Source: Escherichia phage ime. From it: a DNA stretch of 64,000 nt. The notes below the pieces were generated by a model. That model worked only from the letters and a program-made list of their open reading frames with translations, was not told the origin of the DNA and ran no database searches. Shown here piece after piece: positions 53,180 to 62,613 of the stretch. The stretch lies in sequence record MN850576.1. One strand, given 5' to 3'. The translations under genes and the position numbers were made by a program. How positions within the stretch are numbered: the stretch's first letter is position 1; every line of letters starts with the position of its first letter.

Positions 53180-53389
53180 TCAACTATTTTCAAAAAATTT
53201 TTCTGCTGTAATATTTTTCCCGGTAGGGTTCGCTACTTTCAAAATTTTATCATGCACTGGACGCCCAAAAGAATAATCGCCGTCAGGCTGTACTATTACA
53301 GCCGCATAGGGTACGCCTTTTTCGTTTTTGCTGACAAAATAGATCACGTTGCCATTAATAGCCTCGGCGCGTTTAATTTGTTCCATCAT
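53180..53389 (-). CDS. hypothetical protein
   Basis: 69-aa ORF; SD AGAGAGG. Confidence 0.4.
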   Translation of the reverse strand: MMEQIKRAEAINGNVIYFVSKNEKGVPYAAVIVQPDGDYSFGRPVHDKILKVANPTGKNITAEKFFENS

Positions 53390-53445
53390 GATGATTTGCC
53401 TCTCTTTATTTTCATAATTGGGGGGCCTTTTCGGCCCCGCCAGGT

Positions 53446-53730
53446 TTATTTATTGATAGCGTGCAGCGGGAAAGGTACGCCAGGTTGATAGATAACTTTT
53501 ACAACCTCATCAGAGCAAAAGAAATTACAAAATTCACCCTGGTAAGCCTCATCCTCTTTTAATTCTTCATCAACATACTGGAAAAAGTAGTCAATGCTTG
53601 GATAATCCTGACCGGGATTATATTCAACCATGGTTAATAACAATTCTTGATCATTCCGTATGATATGCATACCAGCTTTTAAGTATTTGGCTTCCATTTC
53701 TACTACATCGCCAACGGTAACAATAGCCAT
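53446..53730 (-). CDS. hypothetical acidic protein
   Basis: 94-aa ORF. Confidence 0.4.
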   Translation of the reverse strand: MAIVTVGDVVEMEAKYLKAGMHIIRNDQELLLTMVEYNPGQDYPSIDYFFQYVDEELKEDEAYQGEFCNFFCSDEVVKVIYQPGVPFPLHAINK

Positions 53731-53870
53731 GGTTTTAACTCCTATCTATCCGGTTAATGATTGGAGGCCTCACCGCCCCCCCCCGACACCCTTTATTATC
53801 CATATTGTAGGACTTGATGCAAGTACTTCTTTAAAAATTTTTTAAGCGCCTTGGGGGCCGCTGTAACGCC

Positions 53871-53902
53871 AAAATAATAAAGGCTATGCAACCGCATAGC
53901 CT
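53871..53902 (-). terminator. rho-independent terminator (minus strand)
   Basis: On minus strand AAGGCTATGC-GGTT-GCATAGCCTT followed by TATTATTTT. Confidence 0.5.
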
Positions 53903-53939
53903 TTATGTGATTATATCGCTGCAGGCCCTGCCAGGGGCC

Positions 53940-54290
53940 TTATTTTGCATTCTTTCCTATATTGCCGCTACGGTACCAGCGTTTACGGTGAAAATGGTAA
54001 TAATCACCATCGGCATTAAACATCAGATGATTTTCAATAACCAGCTTACGAAGGTGGGCCGGATCTTGTTCCATTCTTGCCAGATTCTGGCGGCTGTTAC
54101 GTAAGCGGATAAATTCTATATTCAGGCCGTTGATTGCAGCATGGATGTCAAAGTAACCACCTTTGAGACGTTCACGCATGGCGTTAAGCTCAACACAATA
54201 TACAGATTTCTCACAAATCAAGGTATTAGCCAGGGCGCGGACCTGGGCAAGGGGGTTAAGCTCATTAAGGTAATATAGTTTTACTTTCAT
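53940..54290 (-). CDS. hypothetical protein
   Basis: 116-aa ORF. Confidence 0.4.
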   Translation of the reverse strand: MKVKLYYLNELNPLAQVRALANTLICEKSVYCVELNAMRERLKGGYFDIHAAINGLNIEFIRLRNSRQNLARMEQDPAHLRKLVIENHLMFNADGDYYHFHRKRWYRSGNIGKNAK

Positions 54291-54307
54291 AAAATCACCT
54301 GCTGAAA

Positions 54308-54628
54308 TTAGTTTGAGAAAACATCGTTCACAATAGCGATCACAATGCCGCCCACCTTGTCACGGTCAACAATGCACAAATCACCATAAATCATGTGGTA
54401 GTCTGGATGATCTTTGACGGAATAGTCGATAAGTGTTTTCTTGTCATCCAGCTTACTAACTTCCATTCTCATAACGATATGAGAATCATCAAAGGCATTA
54501 TTCCGAAAAGTCATAACCTGACCGCCAGGGCACCCGGTGATTTCCACCTCCACGCCGTCTACGATCTGACCATCAAAGAAATAAAGATTATTAGCCTGGA
54601 TAAACATGATCATTACTCCTTTTTGCAC
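54308..54628 (-). CDS. hypothetical protein
   Basis: 106-aa ORF. Confidence 0.4.
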   Translation of the reverse strand: MQKGVMIMFIQANNLYFFDGQIVDGVEVEITGCPGGQVMTFRNNAFDDSHIVMRMEVSKLDDKKTLIDYSVKDHPDYHMIYGDLCIVDRDKVGGIVIAIVNDVFSN

Positions 54629-54651
54629 TGATTATTTTAACAGGGTTTAAA

Positions 54652-54696
54652 TTTACTTTATTGATGGCCCTGGAGTCAAGGCCATCTAAAAATAAA
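54652..54696. repeat. 45-bp exact repeat containing a hairpin (copy 1)
   Basis: TTTACTTTATTGATGGCCCTGGAGTCAAGGCCATCTAAAAATAAA; identical to 58367-58411; lies 2 nt beyond a minus-strand stop codon. Confidence 0.8.
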
Positions 54697-54698
54697 TT

Positions 54699-54899
54699 TT
54701 ACAGGCCTACAATCTCTTTAATTCGTTTTACTGCTGCCTCAGCGCCTTGAGGGTAAAAATTATGGTAACCAATCACGCGAGTGATACTAATCGCCGTTTG
54801 ATGATCTTCATAATCACCTTTAAAGATTTCTTGACCGTCAATCAGCACGGCAATTTTTTCTTCTTTTTTGAAGTTAATAACGCGGATATTGTTGCTCAT
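54699..54899 (-). CDS. hypothetical protein
   Basis: 66-aa ORF. Confidence 0.35.
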   Translation of the reverse strand: MSNNIRVINFKKEEKIAVLIDGQEIFKGDYEDHQTAISITRVIGYHNFYPQGAEAAVKRIKEIVGL

Positions 54900-55379
54900 T
54901 TTGTTTCTCCTTTTGGAACTTTGTCTATGCGGTGGGGAGTGTCTCCCCGTTGATTGTTATTATCCATATTCTGGATCGGATTGCAACACTCAGGGAGAAA
55001 AAAATTTGAAAAGTTAGGCCCCCATGATCGGGGGCCGTTCTTAGTTACTTACAGCGATAAAGTACATCCCTACGCCTAGCAATATTTCAAGGGCGATAAT
55101 CTCAAGCCATACCATAACGCGGCGCACCTTATCGGTGCATGGCTTATCCTTGGTTGTCATCGTCTCCCCCTTTCCTTCTGGTAGTAGTGACGCGATCTAC
55201 AATGGCCCCCAGGAGTCCTATCACGACACACACCACAAGAAAAATTATCTCCGCTGTTGTTCGATCCATTGTTATAAAATTCCTCAAGATCAGGCCTGAA
55301 AATAAAGCGTTCGTTATTGAATCCGTCACGCCAGGCGGCTGGCTTCAAATCTCCACTAAAGGGATTAATTAACGTGGCA

Positions 55380-55784
55380 TTATTTAAACGGTTGGCCCAC
55401 ATATTTTCTATTCCTCTCAAATAGGCGATCCGCCTCAGTTAAACAAATCTCATGGGCGTGATCTCTGGTTTTAGCTTCATCGAAAACCTGTTGTGCAAGG
55501 CTGCAACGTAGGGAGACTGGAAGATCACTATAATAGGCGTTGACAAACGTTTGAGCGTCGTACAGGTCTGAAAATACTTTACCCTTTCTATTATTCCCCT
55601 TGTCAACAATTGCAAGGATAACCAATACAATAGTTGCAACCACCCCCAGGAAAATAGATATAATAAACCATAAAAAGGCGGATCTTCCCATCTTGCCAGC
55701 GATCCAGGCGTTAAACAAGGCAACCAATACAGCCAAAATAATAAATTCCATTCTATGTACCTCTTTTACAGTTCTGATTAACAA
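55380..55784 (-). CDS. membrane protein (two TM helices)
   Basis: FIILAVLVALFNAWIAG and FLWFIISIFLGVVATIVLVILAIV hydrophobic segments. Confidence 0.4.
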   Translation of the reverse strand: MLIRTVKEVHRMEFIILAVLVALFNAWIAGKMGRSAFLWFIISIFLGVVATIVLVILAIVDKGNNRKGKVFSDLYDAQTFVNAYYSDLPVSLRCSLAQQVFDEAKTRDHAHEICLTEADRLFERNRKYVGQPFK

Positions 55785-55815
55785 TAAGGCGGCAAATATG
55801 CCGCCTGCTACCTGA

Positions 55816-56196
55816 TTAAAAATTATCGCCGTAAATCTTTCCGCTTTCTACCCATACCACCACGCGAGGCATACTATCCCACACGTCTTGTTTTAGATTG
55901 AGCGCGTGCAATTCTTCGGTGGTGCTCATACCGGGCACGGGCTGATTGTATACTGCAAAACGACCGCCTGCATAATCATAGGCCAGGGTTAAATCACACT
56001 GGATCATCTTTTTGATCATGGCATTAAGCATGGCGTTAGCCGCATATTGATCACGTTTTAAAGGCAACTCTTTGATTAGTTTGCGATAGTTTTCGATATG
56101 GTCGCACACTGTTTCACGAGGAAGATCTTTCATATCTTCACGGAATGTAACCAGGTTAAACATAACGGTGTCAATAGCCTTGGTAGTGTTTTTCAT
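55816..56196 (-). CDS. hypothetical protein
   Basis: 126-aa ORF; minus-strand promoter TTGCAA-N16-TATATT, GC leader hairpin and SD AGAGGA upstream. Confidence 0.45.
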   Translation of the reverse strand: MKNTTKAIDTVMFNLVTFREDMKDLPRETVCDHIENYRKLIKELPLKRDQYAANAMLNAMIKKMIQCDLTLAYDYAGGRFAVYNQPVPGMSTTEELHALNLKQDVWDSMPRVVVWVESGKIYGDNF

Positions 56197-56286
56197 GATG
56201 TTATCCTCTTTGTTTTGTGTTGGGGCAAACGTCTTGCCCCCTTGAGTTTTAATATAGCAGGTTTTTAGGTTATTGCAACACTTTAT

Positions 56287-56910
56287 TTATGAAAAAGTCA
56301 TCTCACCATATTCATCGACATCAAACCGCCAATCATTGGCCTCGATAAGGCCGATCAGGTTTTCTGCGGTGAACTGTTCTAGATAGGCCTCCTCCAGGTC
56401 TACGTAAACCTTGCGGGATAGCTCCCGTACCGTCTCGGTGATCAGTTCTTCCAGGTCTTCCACTTTGTTTTCTTGTTTGGCGGTCAGATCTAGCCAAGTG
56501 GTATCAATGTACCCGCTTACAGTGTTTTCATGGCTGTAATGGCTGTACTTGTCGCGTTCAACACTGGCTGATAACTCGCCATCGTGCATTGTGCCGAACA
56601 AGTGACGAATTGATCGGAACTTGGTCAGGGCCTTTACTTTACGCAAAAATTTTTCTAAATCCACGTTTTCAGCACTGATTGACGCGCCGTCACCCTGGCA
56701 CCAAAAGCCTGACCAATGTACTTCGGTATCTTCAAGGCCATACTCTGGAAAAACATATTCTTTATAGTATTCAATTACACTTTCTGCAAAAAAGTTATCC
56801 CCGCTGTGTTCTTCTCTTTCGCGGACCATTTCAACGGCTTTTTCTTTTTGTTCGTCGGTCAGCACGTCGAAAGATAAATTGTAACCTGCGGTAATGTTAA
56901 CGGTGGTCAT
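56287..56910 (-). CDS. hypothetical strongly acidic protein
   Basis: 207-aa ORF rich in Glu/Asp; conserved-looking HWSGFWCQGDGAS motif of unknown family; own promoter TTGACA-N16-TATACT. Confidence 0.45.
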   Translation of the reverse strand: MTTVNITAGYNLSFDVLTDEQKEKAVEMVREREEHSGDNFFAESVIEYYKEYVFPEYGLEDTEVHWSGFWCQGDGASISAENVDLEKFLRKVKALTKFRSIRHLFGTMHDGELSASVERDKYSHYSHENTVSGYIDTTWLDLTAKQENKVEDLEELITETVRELSRKVYVDLEEAYLEQFTAENLIGLIEANDWRFDVDEYGEMTFS

Positions 56911-56938
56911 GATATTTTCTCCTATTTTCTTTGTTAGT

Positions 56939-56957
56939 GGCGGGAAGTTTTCCCGCC
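56939..56957 (-). promoter_or_regulatory. leader palindrome GGCGGGAA-GTT-TTCCCGCC (copy 2 of 3)
   Basis: Perfect 8-bp arms; between predicted promoter and SD of gene 56287-56910. Confidence 0.5.
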
Positions 56958-56984
56958 TGTGTGTTTAAGTATACTTATTGAGGC

Positions 56985-57245
56985 TTACTTGTCAACACTA
57001 TTTTTTAAATTATTGTGGCGCAAAATGTTTAAAATCTCCTCAACGTCATCAACACGGCGGCAATTTTTAAACGCTACCAATTGCCCCATGATTTTAATCA
57101 CTGGGCGGCCTTGCCAGTGCCCCTGAAGAAAGCGCGCCCTGACTTTATCGGTGGAACTATCACGCCACCAAATAGCCTTGTTGTTGCAGTAGTAAAAATT
57201 ATTCAGGATAACATCAACTTTATCAAAATTTTTTAATTTACGCAT
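56985..57245 (-). CDS. hypothetical protein
   Basis: 86-aa ORF. Confidence 0.4.
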   Translation of the reverse strand: MRKLKNFDKVDVILNNFYYCNNKAIWWRDSSTDKVRARFLQGHWQGRPVIKIMGQLVAFKNCRRVDDVEEILNILRHNNLKNSVDK

Positions 57246-57427
57246 GGCGTTTACTCCTTTCTCTCTTTGATGTGGTTAGTATAGCTAACCTGTTGACGAT
57301 GTCAATGATATTTTTAACGCCATGAAACGGCCCTGGGCGATGTTTTCAGGTTAAGGGGGGCGATTGCATAGGTGGGGGCCTTTTTGGCGCTTACAGGGCC
57401 AACCAGGGGCGCTATTCGTAGGATAGA

Positions 57428-57455
57428 AATAAAAAGCCCCGCACAATGGCGGGGC
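57428..57455 (-). terminator. rho-independent terminator (minus strand)
   Basis: On minus strand GCCCCGC-CATTGT-GCGGGGC followed by TTTTTATTT. Confidence 0.55.
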
Positions 57456-57463
57456 GTTGGTTG

Positions 57464-57685
57464 TTATTTGTCTTTATGGCGGTATCGTTCTGCCTGTCGT
57501 TCACGTTCCAAAAGTAGGCCGGGCAATTTACGATCATAATGATTACGCCAGATCTTCCCAAACCTTTTTGGCTTATTCAGTTTATTGTTACGCTGGCGGC
57601 GTTCTGGCAGCTCTTCGGAATCATGAGGGCGCTTTACAATTTTCTCGAAATTAATTTTCATATATTCCCCCCTTGCTAACTTCAA
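57464..57685 (-). CDS. hypothetical basic protein
   Basis: 73-aa ORF. Confidence 0.35.
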   Translation of the reverse strand: MKLARGEYMKINFEKIVKRPHDSEELPERRQRNNKLNKPKRFGKIWRNHYDRKLPGLLLERERQAERYRHKDK

Positions 57686-58004
57686 TATTGGCCTGAATAG
57701 CCCGGATACGGCGCTTTATAACTTCCTGATCTGTGTGGTCGTATCCCCAAAAGTCTACAATTTTTGCGCCCCCCGCCTTCAGGCGGTATAGTGTTTCCTG
57801 CATTTTGTAAGCCGGGATCGGTCGCGGTGTTACTTGGTCACCTTCTTTATTTTTATACTTTATAATATAATCTTCGTTATCGTTGAATGCCCAAAATGGA
57901 TATTCTGCAAGGGCGGTACTTCCTCTTTCCTTTTTATCCTGGATCTTATTTACAATTAAAGCCGTAGCAATAGCGCCAATAATAAAACTTGCCCCGCTGA
58001 TCAT
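57651..58004 (-). CDS. membrane-anchored protein
   Basis: N-terminal ISGASFIIGAIATALIV hydrophobic segment. Confidence 0.4.
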   Translation of the reverse strand: MISGASFIIGAIATALIVNKIQDKKERGSTALAEYPFWAFNDNEDYIIKYKNKEGDQVTPRPIPAYKMQETLYRLKAGGAKIVDFWGYDHTDQEVIKRRIRAIQANIEVSKGGIYEN

Positions 58005-58077
58005 GTACTTTCTCCTTTCATGGTGTTAATAAATTATCTTTATAGATGGCCCTGCAACCAGGACCACCGAAAAATAA

Positions 58078-58323
58078 CTATTTCACAATGCCTACAAAAC
58101 AGATCCCGCCTTCACCTATATAAGCAATATCGGTCACTTTATAACTTGTCAAGATCTGCTTATTTAGTTCATTAATAAAATCGGTCATTGCGTTGGTGTA
58201 GTTGTCTTCCGTGTCTAAGGCATAATCCCAGGTGTACACCTTTTTACGTCCGAAGCCTTTTACCATGATACGGGCGCTTTTGGTGTTGGTAGGGGCATAA
58301 TATTTGGTGATTAGTGCTGCCAT
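58078..58323 (-). CDS. hypothetical protein
   Basis: 81-aa ORF. Confidence 0.4.
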   Translation of the reverse strand: MAALITKYYAPTNTKSARIMVKGFGRKKVYTWDYALDTEDNYTNAMTDFINELNKQILTSYKVTDIAYIGEGGICFVGIVK

Positions 58324-58366
58324 GGTTTTAACTCCTATGCATTAGTTCAGTGTTAACAGTATAAAG

Positions 58367-58411
58367 TTTACTTTATTGATGGCCCTGGAGTCAAGGCCAT
58401 CTAAAAATAAA
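58367..58411. repeat. 45-bp exact repeat containing a hairpin (copy 2)
   Basis: Identical to 54652-54696; lies 1 nt beyond stop codon of gene 58413-58808. Confidence 0.8.
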
Positions 58412-58412
58412 C

Positions 58413-58808
58413 TCAATAAGTTTTTAGTACTTTCCCGTCCAATCTGTCAAGCTGGATCTCGATAGCTGCAGAAAACCTATTGTAAACCACATCGCCCAGG
58501 GAGTCCAGCCAATCTATGACGTTATATACCTGCTCTTTATTCTTGCAAGTCCGGATCCGTTTCATTACGTAAGACGGATCAATATTAGCGCTCTCGTTGT
58601 TGTGGTCCTGCGCCTGGCCTGCTGCGCTAGTTATAGATTTTACAACCACCTGAAAGGGCTTTAAGGTGCCTTTTGCGTTCATCTCACGCGCTTTTGCGGC
58701 GCGGTTGTTATATGTTACACAACGGCGGCAAATGTTGACCAAATGCATATCAATAATTTTTTCATCGTTTGCCAGTTCGTTCATGATGCGGCGTACGTTC
58801 TTATTCAT
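58413..58808 (-). CDS. hypothetical protein
   Basis: 131-aa ORF; SD AAGGA; leader palindrome upstream. Confidence 0.45.
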   Translation of the reverse strand: MNKNVRRIMNELANDEKIIDMHLVNICRRCVTYNNRAAKAREMNAKGTLKPFQVVVKSITSAAGQAQDHNNESANIDPSYVMKRIRTCKNKEQVYNVIDWLDSLGDVVYNRFSAAIEIQLDRLDGKVLKTY

Positions 58809-58827
58809 GATCTTTTTCCTTTGTGCT

Positions 58828-58846
58828 GGCGGGAAACATTCCCGCC
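58828..58846 (-). promoter_or_regulatory. leader palindrome GGCGGGAA-ACA-TTCCCGCC (copy 3 of 3)
   Basis: Perfect 8-bp arms 20 nt upstream of start codon at 58806-58808. Confidence 0.5.
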
Positions 58847-58890
58847 TTTTGTGTCTAGTTTACTTAAATTTTGCAGCGTGTCAATGATTT

Positions 58891-59289
58891 TTATTCGTGG
58901 GCGCATGTTACAATGTGTTTTTTATAGCCCAGGTGGTCAGCAAGTGCCGACAAAAACTCTTCTTCGTAGATCCAGCCGTCGGCAGTGATCCCCATAGCAT
59001 TTAATGCGCTCTCAAGTGCTGCGTTAGCTTTATCGTAACCGTGACCGCTCGCCTTGCCGCCAGTATAACCGTACTTATTGTTCTTGTTGTCGTGAATCCA
59101 AAACACGCAGTAGTGAGTGTTCCCGCTGGCGGCGGCATAATACCGGATCTCAGCTACTTCGTGCAAATTATTGTCATCGTCCAGGCCCACCAGATTATAA
59201 GCCTTGTAAAATCCACGATCACGGCGGCAGTTCTTGACATCAGAAAAAGAAAAGTCCGCATTATCAAAATTAAAGGTGGTGGTTTTCAT
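58891..59289 (-). CDS. hypothetical protein
   Basis: 132-aa ORF. Confidence 0.4.
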   Translation of the reverse strand: MKTTTFNFDNADFSFSDVKNCRRDRGFYKAYNLVGLDDDNNLHEVAEIRYYAAASGNTHYCVFWIHDNKNNKYGYTGGKASGHGYDKANAALESALNAMGITADGWIYEEEFLSALADHLGYKKHIVTCAHE

Positions 59290-59353
59290 GATTTTATCCT
59301 CTTAGTGTCTTTTGTGCTTTTAGTGTATTTGGTGTCGGACTATATGTCAATAC

Positions 59354-59629
59354 TTATTTTTTATTAAACCAGTGGTTGATCTGTCCTTTTGTCAGGGCGC
59401 AACGATTAAGCTGTTGCCGGGTATAGCTCTGACCGCGACGGAATTTATAAAGGCCTTGCCCGTTGTTGATGGTTACGTCCACCTGGCAAACCATTTGATC
59501 GGTGACCACCTGGCGAGTGTTGCGACGTACTTTGATCCCGTATGCGTTCATAAATTTATCCTCTTTACTGGTTAGTGCGGTGTTGTTCACCTTGTAGGGT
59601 AATAATACCATGATTAACCTTGTTGTCAA
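59354..59629 (-). CDS. hypothetical protein
   Basis: 91-aa ORF. Confidence 0.4.
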   Translation of the reverse strand: MTTRLIMVLLPYKVNNTALTSKEDKFMNAYGIKVRRNTRQVVTDQMVCQVDVTINNGQGLYKFRRGQSYTRQQLNRCALTKGQINHWFNKK

Positions 59630-60304
59630 CGATTATTTTAAATTATTTTTATGATAGAATCCACCTGCCGCCCCCGCCAGGTTAACCACCATTTTTTCGT
59701 ACTCTTCTTTATGTTCCCGCGCTTCTGTATCATTAATCACTACATTTCCCAGGTGAGTAGCATTACCTTTCATTTTTGTACCTCCTCTTCAATTGTTTAC
59801 CCTACAGCATGGGCCTACCAGGTTTGCAAGATTTCACCCTCTCCCACCTGGTCAGTTAGGTCCTGCCAGGCTGGCCCCGCCAGGTTGCAACGGTTAGCGC
59901 ATCAGGTTAGAAAAATTTTTTGAAAAGGTGTTGACAGCGGCCCCGCCAGGGGGCACAATATACCTATCGAAAGGACGGCAGGCACCGGTGACGGTGGAGA
60001 CAACCACCGGGGATGGGCGCTGCATAAAATGAGAACGGTTATCATTATCATTTAAAAATTTATGCAAAAAATCCTTGCCTTCTTTGTCCTGTGTGATACT
60101 ATAATAACAAGCCGGGGCAACAGGGGCCGGGAGACAATCACCGGGCCTGCCCGTTATTCTGCAAACGAGAATGATTATCATTCAAAATTCTAAATGAGAA
60201 CTCCTCGCATTTAATAAATTTAATTAGCATGCTAATTACCCTCCGTAACAATTTCCTATAAAACAGTATCCCATAAAATATTCCCATATAGAAATTTTAA
60301 AAAT

Positions 60305-60486
60305 CCATTTCTGAAAACGAAAAATCGATTTCGTCCCCAAAAATTTCAGGTCGAGAGCTGGAACGATTTCCAGAAAATCCGATTCAGAAAACGAAAAACA
60401 GATCGAGTACTTGGAAATTTATCGAGAAAAATTTTCAGAAAATTCAATCTTTGAAACGAAAAACAGATCGAGTACTTGGAAAGCTG
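60305..60486. repeat. tandem direct repeats, about 66-bp period, 2.5 copies
   Basis: AAACGAAAAACAGATCGAGTACTTGGAAA at 60388-60417 and 60454-60483 nearly identical; degenerate copy at 60314-60345; TTCAGAAAA sub-motif recurs. Confidence 0.75.
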
Positions 60487-60787
60487 TACCGCAACTTCAA
60501 GATAGTGGCTGGATTATTGCCATAAAAGGCCAAGGGCGAGTGGGAAAGTTCTGGTAGAAGGATGTGAGCATGTGTGGGAAAATCTATAATGGTGGCCTGG
60601 AATATGGTGCAAACGATAGGATGAGTTATTCAGCTTGTCGCGCCTACTCTGAAAAATCCATTTTAGTTTTCGATCCATTTTCTGATTTTCTAAGAATTTT
60701 AAAATATCCAGCCCGGTGAAATATCAAAAGGAGGAAATCCATTTTAGAAATCCCCCTTATACTTGATATGCCAGGAATTTTCAAGTA

Positions 60788-61117
60788 TCAGTTGTCTTTG
60801 TTTTTAGGTTTGTACATGCGCAGAGGTATGGTCTTTGTAACATTCCATTTCCTCAACCCTTCCCAGCTCCAGTTGTGGGCGTGGTATCCGGTTATGCATG
60901 CACTACTGGAGTGATCGTAAGCATAAGAGAACGCTAAGCGCACCAGGTGGGGCCAGTCCTTCCATGGTTGTGGACCGTAAGCTTTTCTCCAACACCGACA
61001 CAAACTAAATGTCTCAAGGATAGGAAGGATAACAAACCCATACACTGTCACCAAAATAGTCAGTGCAATGATTGTCAGGAACACATACCCTGCAGTTGAA
61101 ATGATGATCTCTGTCAT
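60788..61117 (-). CDS. membrane protein
   Basis: N-terminal IIISTAGYVFLTIIALTILVTVYGFVILPI hydrophobic segment. Confidence 0.4.
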   Translation of the reverse strand: MTEIIISTAGYVFLTIIALTILVTVYGFVILPILETFSLCRCWRKAYGPQPWKDWPHLVRLAFSYAYDHSSSACITGYHAHNWSWEGLRKWNVTKTIPLRMYKPKNKDN

Positions 61118-61317
61118 TTGTCGTCCCCTTTCTTACGGATATAGATGTGAGAACCTGCCTGTATATAAATTTCTCGACCATCTTCTGCGAAGATGTGGAA
61201 TACACGGTCACCTTCGTACTCAATACGAGATATCTTCATAATGGTCTTTCCACCTGGGATACGGATCTCGTCCCCCACAGCGATGTTCCATGCAGATTTA
61301 AGCTTAAACATCTGCAC
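61114..61317 (-). CDS. hypothetical protein
   Basis: 67-aa coupled ORF. Confidence 0.4.
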   Translation of the reverse strand: MQMFKLKSAWNIAVGDEIRIPGGKTIMKISRIEYEGDRVFHIFAEDGREIYIQAGSHIYIRKKGDDK

Positions 61318-61549
61318 CCTCCTTTGGGAACTTGAACTCTGGCATAGCCATATACGCTACAACAGGGTTGTGATCAAAGTAGAACTGACCGTTAATTATC
61401 CCGGTTTTACTCACATAGTTACCAGATCCTGCAAGAACAACCTCGCAAGCTCCGAAATCTACATTGCCATCCTCATCAGCCATGGCTACGATATACTTTC
61501 CTAGAGGCATGTTTTTAACGCCGTCTACAAATGTCCACCCTTTGTTCAT
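61304..61549 (-). CDS. hypothetical protein
   Basis: 81-aa ORF. Confidence 0.4.
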   Translation of the reverse strand: MNKGWTFVDGVKNMPLGKYIVAMADEDGNVDFGACEVVLAGSGNYVSKTGIINGQFYFDHNPVVAYMAMPEFKFPKEGADV

Positions 61550-61569
61550 ACTTTATCTCCTGCACTTTT

Positions 61570-61902
61570 TTAAGGTAACCAGTAAACAATCTCGCCTTTC
61601 AGCTTCATGTCGTTTCCAACATAAATTTCCCAGCCATCCATCTTAGCAACTGTAGGCCCAAAGTCATCCGCACCCCTTACCTCTTTCCAGGCTCCGTAGT
61701 CAGGTTGCCAGATATAGAATCCACCTTCTTTGTCCCATGCTCCGTACACTACGTTTAACAGGTTTCCCATTGCAACAATGGTGGGCCGTGGGAATAATAC
61801 ATCTACAGATGCGCCACAATTTCGGGTATCTTTTAAGTTGCAATCCCAAAAGATGTCTGCCAGTGTGGCGGCGATAGCTTTACGTCTTTCCAATGTTACC
61901 AT
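61570..61902 (-). CDS. hypothetical protein
   Basis: 110-aa ORF. Confidence 0.4.
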   Translation of the reverse strand: MVTLERRKAIAATLADIFWDCNLKDTRNCGASVDVLFPRPTIVAMGNLLNVVYGAWDKEGGFYIWQPDYGAWKEVRGADDFGPTVAKMDGWEIYVGNDMKLKGEIVYWLP

Positions 61903-61912
61903 GGCACGATAC

Positions 61913-62104
61913 TCACTTGTTGTTAATAAGTTCTAAAACTTTCTGTCTTACTTTGTCAAGGTCTGTTGATTCAAAAACTGTGCGATATCCCCAACTTTGC
62001 CCATAGGAGTGACTGCAATCCCCGTAGCACCATTGCTCAATTTGATAGTATTCAAGGAACGGGTGCTGTCTAACTATGATACCATCCCGGTTAAAAATTA
62101 CCAT
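61913..62104 (-). CDS. hypothetical protein
   Basis: 63-aa ORF. Confidence 0.35.
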   Translation of the reverse strand: MVIFNRDGIIVRQHPFLEYYQIEQWCYGDCSHSYGQSWGYRTVFESTDLDKVRQKVLELINNK

Positions 62105-62167
62105 AATACATCGCTCTCTGTTAGTTTATGCGTATATTATACACTGCAGTTTTCAGATGTCAACCTC

Positions 62168-62419
62168 TTACAGATTGCTCCAGTACAATCGGCATTTACA
62201 TTTTTGGCAATGAGGTTCTTTTATGTAATAACCGTCAGTCTTTGGAACACTTTTTGGTGCAGTTTTAATATTGTACCTGGTAAAACATCGGAAGCAGGTT
62301 ACCTCTCCGATCTGTTGATCGTTAATCCACTCGCCAGAGTGAAGCTCTTTCTTGTTTCTCATAATTCTCTTCAAAATCCTCTGCAATCTTATACCAAAAT
62401 CTCCAGCCAGAAAGCACAC
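62168..62419 (-). CDS. zinc-ribbon protein
   Basis: CFRCF ... CQKCKC Cys pairs. Confidence 0.4.
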   Translation of the reverse strand: MCFLAGDFGIRLQRILKRIMRNKKELHSGEWINDQQIGEVTCFRCFTRYNIKTAPKSVPKTDGYYIKEPHCQKCKCRLYWSNL

Positions 62420-62613
62420 GGGAACACTTTGAGGATTGAATCTTTACTTGGCTCGGAAGTTCTTTTTCCGTATGGTAGGTAGAAATACCCTCCTGCAGAT
62501 TCGAATATAGCTCCTTCGGTTGTATCTACCACAGCAAGAATTAAGATTTTAGTCTCCACAGTGCTCCCCTCTCTTAGTTGTTGTGGTGACTATACCATCT
62601 CAAAAACCAGCTG

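Noticed and set aside
53135-53488. Plus-strand 117-aa ORF
   Set aside because: Low-complexity sequence antisense to SD-supported minus-strand genes in a block where all supported genes are leftward.
59651-60181. ORFs 59651-59923 (+) and 59894-60181 (-)
   Set aside because: They fall in the repeat-rich non-coding region, have no RBS, and are composed largely of the GC-rich repeat motifs.
60305-60486. Possible CRISPR array
   Set aside because: Only 2.5 degenerate copies of a 66-bp unit without unique spacers; no cas genes in the window.
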